Below, piece by piece: positions 1-6,038 of a stretch of 17,359 nt of DNA. Numbering within the stretch: the first letter of the stretch is position 1; each line of letters opens with the position of its first letter. The stretch covers positions 1 to 17,359 of the forward strand of contig JBFGLM010000077.1 in the NCBI GenBank assembly GCA_041576165.1. Reading direction: 5' to 3'. The notes beneath the pieces are model-generated. The model did not search any database. It was not told the origin of the DNA and saw only the letters and a list, made by a program, of their open reading frames with translations. This DNA is from Acidimicrobiia bacterium (GTDB lineage Bacteria; Actinomycetota; Acidimicrobiia; Spongiisociales; Spongiisociaceae). The position numbers and the translations under genes were made by a program.

Positions 1-2
1 GG

Positions 3-461
3 GGCAGGCAGCCTGAACTCGTAGGAGGTACGGGAGACGAGACGCTACCGCCGGTTCGTTACATGCCGATCAGCAGCCGGAAGCTAGCCCGGTACAAGTT
101 GTTCGAGTTAACAGAGGACTTCAGCTACACCACGGACGCGGGAGACATAATCCGGGTCCCAGCCGGCTTCTGCTACGACCAGGCTTCCGTACCTCAGCCC
201 TTTTGGGGCTGGATCACACCGAATGACGTTTCGCCCCAGGCTGCACTCGTGCACGACTACCTCTATCGGTATGGAGGCGAGCTACCGGGGCGGAAGTACA
301 ACCAGCGCGAAGCCGACGACATATTCATGGAGATCATGGCGAAGGCAAATGTAGGACGGATGAAGCGCAAGGTTGCGTATTGGGCGGTTCGCCTGGTTGG
401 TCGATTCGCGTGGAACAAGACCGATGCCGACTCATCGCCAGCTGAGCGACCACTGGAGTGA
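3..461 (+). CDS. DUF1353 domain protein (possibly 5'-truncated by the window; first internal ATG at 63)
   Basis: Motifs FELTEDFSY, VPAGFCYDQASVP, AALVHDYLY, EADDIFMEIM and YWAVRLVG match the DUF1353 pattern. The frame is open from position 3 and there is no Shine-Dalgarno near ATG63. Confidence 0.85.
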   Translation, partial: GRQPELVGGTGDETLPPVRYMPISSRKLARYKLFELTEDFSYTTDAGDIIRVPAGFCYDQASVPQPFWGWITPNDVSPQAALVHDYLYRYGGELPGRKYNQREADDIFMEIMAKANVGRMKRKVAYWAVRLVGRFAWNKTDADSSPAERPLE

Positions 462-594
462 GCGACATGAAGCTAGCTCCGGATATGCCGCCGATCGCAT
501 CGGTTGCCCGCCACATTATTCGCCTTTGCGATAGCGAAGGTAGCGATCAAGTTCCTGTGGAATTCGACGACGGCTAGAACGGTCTTCTCGGCGC

Positions 595-685
595 AGCGGG
601 CTCCTGCGGTCCGGCGCGCTCGTCGCCCGGCGTCCGACGTCGCCATTTGCCACCAGAACAGCACCGGGAAGCGACCGGCCTGCGC
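595..685 (-). repeat. Degenerate, inverted partial copy (D) of the dispersed intergenic element
   Basis: AGCGGGCTCCTGCG...CTCGTCGCCCGG...ACCGGGAAGCGACCGGCCTGCGC aligns collinearly, with small gaps, to the reverse complement of copy B (AGCGAGGATCCTGCG...CTCACCGCCCGG...ACCGGCAAAC) and copy A (ACCGGCAAGCGGCGTGGCCTTGCGC). Confidence 0.45.
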
Positions 686-686
686 G

Positions 687-1604
687 TTAGGTGAGCAGTT
701 CGAACCAGGAGTCGAGGAGTCCCAGCCGGTATGCCCCTAGGACCAGCGCGCCGACAAGGACAACGTAGCCTGCCACAAATGCGACCCCTCGCCTCCGGGC
801 GGCGAAGAGACCGAATGCAATCGCGATCACCTCGACCCCTATCACAGCAAGGCCGACGAGATCCTCGACCCACCCCCTGCGGTGCGGGGTTGCGGCCATG
901 GCCGCGAGGATCGCAATCGCGGTCAGTGGCGCAGTTGCCGACGACAACCGAACCAGGACTCGTGAGCGCGGGGAGCGTCGGGAGCGTTGGGTGCGACGAT
1001 GCCTCGACGATGCAAGGAGTCCTGTGATGAGGGGGCTGGTCAACGAGAGACGCCAGAAGACGCTCCAGAAGACGCTGGGACCGAAGACCACCCACACCGT
1101 CACCCACTCCTTCGCAGCCTTCGGAGTTGGTTGATAGGCGGCACGGTCGGAGACGTGGGGTAGTTGCCACAGGAACGCGATCAGTGACAACAACGCGACT
1201 CCGGCGAAGCACACGCGCAGCATGACGCTGTCGCTCAAGAGCCCGGCTGACCAGGCTACCGAGACGAACGGCAGCAGCGATAGGACGGCGACCATTCTGC
1301 GCCAGTACGTCTGGTCTCGCTGCGTGGCGAGTCTGGTGGGCTCCGGCACACTGAACAGCTCGGGGCCGCCCCCGGGCGTCACCCTGACGCTCAGTCCAGC
1401 TAGTGACACGCCTTCCGCAGCGTGTGGCAATGCCTGTGGCATGCCCGGAACAACGGGCCGCTGTGTGAGCGCCAACACGATCAGCAAGGCCGCTACCGCC
1501 AGCGTCCACCGCCAGCCCGCAAACACCCAGACCAATACCAGGGTCACGATGACACCAGCTGGTAGAGACTTATTCCTGGCGGGCTCGTGCGTCATGCGCC
1601 TCAT
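687..1604 (-). CDS. Hypothetical multi-pass membrane protein
   Basis: ORF of ~305 aa with many hydrophobic segments (e.g. VIVTLVLVWVFAGW, LAVIGVEVIAIAFGLF, VAFVAGYVVLVGALVLG). GGAGG lies 5 nt upstream of ATG1604. No family recognised. Confidence 0.65.
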   Translation of the reverse strand: MRRMTHEPARNKSLPAGVIVTLVLVWVFAGWRWTLAVAALLIVLALTQRPVVPGMPQALPHAAEGVSLAGLSVRVTPGGGPELFSVPEPTRLATQRDQTYWRRMVAVLSLLPFVSVAWSAGLLSDSVMLRVCFAGVALLSLIAFLWQLPHVSDRAAYQPTPKAAKEWVTVWVVFGPSVFWSVFWRLSLTSPLITGLLASSRHRRTQRSRRSPRSRVLVRLSSATAPLTAIAILAAMAATPHRRGWVEDLVGLAVIGVEVIAIAFGLFAARRRGVAFVAGYVVLVGALVLGAYRLGLLDSWFELLT

Positions 1605-1646
1605 CGGGTCCTCCAAGGATGGCAGGCCCGACTCAGCAAGTCTGCC

Positions 1647-2435
1647 CTAATCGACGCGGGAGGCCTGCTTTGCTCCATGTCGCGTCAGCGAAATGCAACC
1701 CAGCCAATGACGTCCTTCCCGCAAACGTCGCCTCCTTCCGCGTGCGAGTCCACCCATGCCATCCGATCTTGTCGATAACGCCTCTACCGCGCACCCGCCC
1801 ATGTCGGGCACTGATGCGCTCGCGGTCAGCCGGCGAACCGACCGCGCCACATGGCCGCGCGTTCGGTGCGGCCGGTCACCTCGCCTCGGGTGAGCGCAAG
1901 GCCACGCCGCTTGCCGGTTCCCGGACGCGGAAGGGTGCTCGATATCGCTCTGGACGAGCGGTGTTCTGTGCGGTCCGGAAGCCGAGTGCCGCCAACGCTC
2001 AGGATGATGGCTGAGACCGCTTGTCAGTTCATCGGCGGCACGAAGCAGATCCTGCACATGAAGATCGAAGTCGCCGAAGAACTCTTTGAATTCGACGCTC
2101 CGCATCTCCTCCGGTCGACAATCAAGATCGAACCAGACCCGGACTTGCACCGTGTCCTCGGAGCGGCCGACGACAGCGAACCGAAGGTTCGGCTCGGTGA
2201 AGTTGAGGGGCTTCGCCTGGGCCATCGGATTGGCAGCATGCCGTAACCAGGCCGCCAGCTCCCGAACCTCGAATGTGAGAAGGCACGGGTCACGGAACCG
2301 CCATTGCAGCGGTGGTAGCTGAACATTCCCGCTGACCACAAGCCAGTTCGAGTCAAACCGGTCAGCCGACCTGCCGAACTGGTAGCCCTCGATGTGGAGA
2401 GCGAGGCTGTTCCCATTGCTGGTCTCGAGGCCCAT
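1647..2435 (-). CDS. WapI-family (immunity-protein-like) protein. Conserved domain 2435-1995, followed by an apparently spurious read-through tail
   Basis: Motifs GYQF, DSNWLVVSG, WRFRDPCLLTFEVRELAAWL, FTEPNLRF, VRVWFD and DLLRAADEL...HPER are typical of this ~150-aa family. The tail after HPER runs through repeat copy A. Alternative start is ATG2444. Confidence 0.65.
   Translation of the reverse strand: MGLETSNGNSLALHIEGYQFGRSADRFDSNWLVVSGNVQLPPLQWRFRDPCLLTFEVRELAAWLRHAANPMAQAKPLNFTEPNLRFAVVGRSEDTVQVRVWFDLDCRPEEMRSVEFKEFFGDFDLHVQDLLRAADELTSGLSHHPERWRHSASGPHRTPLVQSDIEHPSASGNRQAAWPCAHPRRGDRPHRTRGHVARSVRRLTASASVPDMGGCAVEALSTRSDGMGGLARGRRRRLREGRHWLGCISLTRHGAKQASRVD
1765..1972 (+). repeat. Dispersed intergenic element, copy A (~210 bp)
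   Basis: 1839-1920 aligns ungapped to 8924-9005 (66/82 identical by hand count). The left end GATCTTGTCGATAACGCC matches GATCTGGGTGATAACGCC at 8851. Confidence 0.85.
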
Positions 2436-2821
2436 GCCTGCCATCCTTGCCTATCGGCCGGCAAACCCGCCGATCGCCATGTCGCAAAGATGTCGCTTGC
2501 GGCCTTGATCAAACCGACGTGCAACCCCGGCACCACTCGCCGCAACTCGGACTCGCCCCGCCCGCTGTGGGCGGTCGACCTGGCCGTCGGTGACCTACCC
2601 CGCCCGGGGCGCCGCCGCTAGGTCTGACGCTGGATCAGCGGCGACGGGCTCTGCTGGCGGAGCGCGGGGCGTCCTGAGCGAACTTGCCGACTCTGAGATA
2701 CTGGCTGCCTGCGGCTCCCGCCCCGGCGATCACCATCGACCTCGACCGGCTGGACGAGCACTCCGCGGCCACTGCGCAGGACCGCTTGAGCGAATTGCTG
2801 CAGCGCACGACATCGTTTCGG

Positions 2822-2841
2822 TATGCTCGCAGCCCAGGAGG
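2822..2841 (+). promoter_or_regulatory. Putative -10 box (TATGCT, 2822-2827) and Shine-Dalgarno (AGGAGG, 2836-2841) of the TIR gene
   Basis: TAnnnT hexamer followed by AGGAGG 5 nt before the in-frame ATC at 2847, where the TIR domain begins. Confidence 0.45.
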
Positions 2842-4643
2842 GAAAGATCGCCAAGGTCTTCATTGGCTATCGCCGCGACGATGCCCGCGGAACTGCGGGA
2901 AGGATCTACGACCGGCTCGCAGATCACTACGGCGAACGCCGGGTGTTTCGTGATGTCGACGCCGTCGCCAAGGGTGCGGACTTCGTCGAGACCGTCGAGC
3001 AGGCAGTCGCCGCCTCCGACGCGATGCTCGTGGTCATCGGCCCGGATTGGGCTCGCATCACCGACGAGGCCGGGCGCCGTCGGCTGGACGATCCGTCCGA
3101 CTACGTGCGGGTCGAGGTGGAGCGGGGCTTGGCGCGCACCGACCTCAAGGTGATCCCCGTGCTCGTGAGTGGTGCCTCCGTGCCGAAGGCAGAGGAGCTT
3201 CCGTTGTCGCTCACGCCACTGGTGCATCGCAATGGGGTGGAGATTCGCGAGACACGGTTCGACGCCGACGTCGACCACCTGATCGATGAGATCGGCGGCC
3301 GCCCCCGGTTGGCCGCCTGGCTGCGCGCGAATCGCGTGCGCACCGCGCTCGTCGGCGGGGGCGTTGTTGCTGCAGGGGGGATCCTCGTAGCCCAGGTGGT
3401 CTCTCCGGGCCTTGGTCCGCTCGGTGGCACATTCAACGTTGCGTTCGCAGAGCTCGCAGCCGCCGGCGACGTGGAAGGTGAACTCGTCGCGGGAGTCTCG
3501 GCGGCGGCGTTCGACGACGTGAGCGGGCGGCTGGCCGACTTCGAGAGCTCCGGCGCCATCGGCGATCTCGGCCTGGCCGGCCCCGGCACCGTCGGCAGCC
3601 TGGCCGGTGACACCCCGGCCGAGCGCGCGGAGAGTGCCCGGCAGCTCGCCGAGCAGCTCGACGCGGACATGGTGCTGTACGGCACGCTGGCAGCCGAGGG
3701 CGGCGCCACGGTCTTCGTCTCGGAGATGTTCCTCTCAGATCGCGCCCTCGAGGACGCCGAGGAGCTGGCGGGCCCTTACCGGCTGGCGGAGCTGAGCCTG
3801 CCCACCACCGCGCCGCTCACCGTGGAGCGCGAAGTCTCGGCGTTGCTCCGCGGCCAGGCGGCGGCCGTGGCCGAGCTGGTGGTGGGTCTGCGCCACTACG
3901 CCGTCGACGAGTACTCCAGCGCACTCGTGCACCTCCAGGAAGCGGAACGGCAATGGCAGGTGGTGTCCGGTACCACGGGCACGAGCGGTAAGGAGGTTGT
4001 GCTGCATCTGCTCGGCAACACGTCCGGTCAGCTCGGCGACCTCGTTGGCGCTCGCAGCTACTACGAGCAGGCGCTCGCCGCCGACCCTGCGTATGCCCGC
4101 TCCCGTTTCGGTCTCGCCGAAGTCCGTTTCCAGGCGTCGCTCGGTACGGAGGGCTGCCTCCCCGCAGGAGAACCGGACGCGGCGGCCCTCGAGACCGTGC
4201 GAGCTGAGTTCGAAGCCGTGGCGGCGATGGCGGCGCCGCCGCTGTCGTTCCTACCTGAACGTGCTGCGCTCGAGGTGGGCCGGGTGGAACTGTGCCTGGC
4301 GTTGGCGGGGGAGGCCCGGCCGGATGCCGCGGCCAGGCAGCTCGAGGCGGTGGTGGCCGCCAACGACGGCTCCGATCCCCGGCTCGCCGACCTCGCCGCA
4401 GAGGCCCACCAGAACCTGGCCGTGGTGCACATCCTCGGCGAGGAGTACCAGGAGGCGCTGGCCGCCTACGACGCCGCAATCGCCCTGACCTTCGACGACG
4501 AGGAAAGGGCTCGCTTTCATTCGGCGCGCGGTGACGTGTACGTCTGCTACCTCGACGATCCGGAGGCTGCCGAGGTGGAGTACCGGCGTGCCAGCGAGCT
4601 CGCGGACGCGCCGCCCGAGCGAGCGGACCCGAGCCAATGCTGA
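2823..4643 (+). CDS. TIR domain - transmembrane helix - TPR repeat protein
   Basis: N-terminal TIR_2-type domain (VFIGYRRDD, VFRDVD, MLVVIGPDW, RLDDPSDYVRVEV, VIPVLV). Hydrophobic helix ALVGGGVVAAGGILVAQVV. TPR-like helices (GDLVGARSYYEQALAADPAYARSRFGLAEV; AEAHQNLAVVHILGEEYQEALAAYDAAI). True start may be 2847. Confidence 0.9.
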   Translation: MLAAQEGKIAKVFIGYRRDDARGTAGRIYDRLADHYGERRVFRDVDAVAKGADFVETVEQAVAASDAMLVVIGPDWARITDEAGRRRLDDPSDYVRVEVERGLARTDLKVIPVLVSGASVPKAEELPLSLTPLVHRNGVEIRETRFDADVDHLIDEIGGRPRLAAWLRANRVRTALVGGGVVAAGGILVAQVVSPGLGPLGGTFNVAFAELAAAGDVEGELVAGVSAAAFDDVSGRLADFESSGAIGDLGLAGPGTVGSLAGDTPAERAESARQLAEQLDADMVLYGTLAAEGGATVFVSEMFLSDRALEDAEELAGPYRLAELSLPTTAPLTVEREVSALLRGQAAAVAELVVGLRHYAVDEYSSALVHLQEAERQWQVVSGTTGTSGKEVVLHLLGNTSGQLGDLVGARSYYEQALAADPAYARSRFGLAEVRFQASLGTEGCLPAGEPDAAALETVRAEFEAVAAMAAPPLSFLPERAALEVGRVELCLALAGEARPDAAARQLEAVVAANDGSDPRLADLAAEAHQNLAVVHILGEEYQEALAAYDAAIALTFDDEERARFHSARGDVYVCYLDDPEAAEVEYRRASELADAPPERADPSQC

Positions 4644-4652
4644 GGCTGTGAC

Positions 4653-6038
4653 GTGAACCGGGGCATCCTCATCGGCGGCGGCGCGACCCTGCTGGTGCTG
4701 CTCGGGCTGGGAGTCTGGGCGCTCACGGGGAGCGGGGGCGGCGGCGAGCAAGACGACCTCGCCGCAGGCACCGTGGTCGACGAGCCCCTGACGACGGCGG
4801 CGCTCACCACGGTGCCGGCCGCAGCATCCACTACCTCGTCCTCCACCACGACTTCGACGACCACTACCACCGAACCGCCAACCACCAGCTCGTCGACCAC
4901 TTCGGCGAGCACCACCACCTCCACGACCACCACGTCGACCACGGTCGCCACGGGGTCCGGGGGGCGCACCACGACCGCTCGCCCCGCCCCAACCGCCACG
5001 TCGTCGTCGACCACGTCACCGAGCACCACCAGCTCGTCGACCACGTCATCGAGCACCACCAGCTCATCGACGATACCGACGACGCCGCCGGCGACCCAGC
5101 CCACGACGCCGCCGGCGACCCAGCCCACGACGCCGCCGGCGACCCAGCCCACGACGCCGCCGGCGACCCAGCCCACGGTGCCCGCCGTGGCTGCCAGCAT
5201 CGCTAGGTCGACCTTCAACTTCCGCAACGGCAACCCGCCCACCTACCTGCTCCAGGTGGACGTCTCGACAGCCGGCGAGCCGGGGACATGGATGGACGCC
5301 GGGCTGGGCGATGGAGCGGTGCTGACACCCGGCGACGACTTCTTTGCGCGGTTCGTCGTGACGAACACCGAGACCAACGCCCGGTTCATGACCTCGTTCA
5401 GCATCGTCGTGAAGAACGAGGAACACTGCAGCGACCTTGTGAGCGAGGCGTCGCCGCTGCTGCCGGACGTGCCAGCCGGAGCGCCGGGAGCCACGACCGA
5501 GTGCGTGATCGGCCCCATGGTGGCCGACGGCAGTCCGATCTTCCTAGAGTTCCAGGACGCCGACGGGTTCCGGCAGGTAGCCACCAACCCGAAGTCGGGT
5601 GACCTCGAAACGTTCAACCGCCCGATCCTGCCCCACGAGTGGCACCCCGGCAACGCCCATTCCCTCACCTTCTACTTCCAAACGGACATGGAGGGGAACG
5701 ATGGGCCCGTCGCCGACGGATGGACGAACGAGACGGACGTCACATTCGAGTTCAGCCCGCCACTGACCCCCATGCGGGTCAACTGCGACGACCGCTTCGC
5801 CACCGGGTTTAGCGACCTGCCGTCGGGAGCACCGCGCGACAACCAGGACCCGCCGGAGCCGAAAGTGGTCGCGTACTCGATCACGAACTTCGACGAGGAC
5901 GGGAACCCGCTGAATGCGGCCGGCAACCCACAGAGCGGTGCGCTCGTTCCCACCTGCACGAACGTGGTGACGGCAGGAGTTACGTTCAAAGCGGGGCCTG
6001 GATCGGACAACCGCATCGAATACTCCCCGCCGCCGTAG
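4653..6038 (+). CDS. Secreted or membrane-anchored Thr/Ser/Pro-rich surface protein with C-terminal beta-rich (Ig-like) domains
   Basis: GTG start 9 nt after the TIR gene stop. N-terminal hydrophobic helix ILIGGGATLLVLLGLGVWAL, a ~130-aa S/T/P linker, then a beta-rich region (WMDAG...PGDDFFARFVVTNT) with four Cys. Confidence 0.8.
   Translation: MNRGILIGGGATLLVLLGLGVWALTGSGGGGEQDDLAAGTVVDEPLTTAALTTVPAAASTTSSSTTTSTTTTTEPPTTSSSTTSASTTTSTTTTSTTVATGSGGRTTTARPAPTATSSSTTSPSTTSSSTTSSSTTSSSTIPTTPPATQPTTPPATQPTTPPATQPTTPPATQPTVPAVAASIARSTFNFRNGNPPTYLLQVDVSTAGEPGTWMDAGLGDGAVLTPGDDFFARFVVTNTETNARFMTSFSIVVKNEEHCSDLVSEASPLLPDVPAGAPGATTECVIGPMVADGSPIFLEFQDADGFRQVATNPKSGDLETFNRPILPHEWHPGNAHSLTFYFQTDMEGNDGPVADGWTNETDVTFEFSPPLTPMRVNCDDRFATGFSDLPSGAPRDNQDPPEPKVVAYSITNFDEDGNPLNAAGNPQSGALVPTCTNVVTAGVTFKAGPGSDNRIEYSPPP
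5004..5063 (+). repeat. Coding tandem repeat, 30 bp x 2 (SSTTS[P/S]STTS)
   Basis: TCGTCGACCACGTCA(C/T)CGAGCACCACCAGC occurs twice, with a related copy near 4890. Confidence 0.8.
5079..5174 (+). repeat. Coding tandem repeat, 24 bp x 4 perfect copies (TTPPATQP)
   Basis: ACGACGCCGCCGGCGACCCAGCCC at 5079, 5103, 5127 and 5151. Confidence 0.95.

Noticed and set aside
458-577. 39-codon ORF (VSDMKLAPDM...VEFDDG) overlapping the DUF1353 stop (GTGA)
   Set aside because: Too short and no recognisable motif. It could be a remnant but cannot be supported.
572-692. Possible integron attC site (CTAGAAC...GCGTTAGGT)
   Set aside because: The R''-like end does not complement R', the L-box spacing is wrong, no integrase or second attC is present, and the interior is better explained as a copy of the dispersed element.
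1853-1873. tRNA fragment (GTTCG resembles a T-loop) or intrinsic terminator
   Set aside because: The loop is 5 nt with no cloverleaf or CCA end, and no U-tract follows on either strand.
2450-2820. Coding-like fragments between the WapI-like and TIR genes (e.g. ITIDLDRLDEHSAATAQDRLSELL)
   Set aside because: No start signal or recognisable family. At most a decayed remnant, which needs BLASTX.
5079-5174. CRISPR-like array
   Set aside because: The repeats are contiguous with no spacers, in frame within a CDS, and no cas genes are present.
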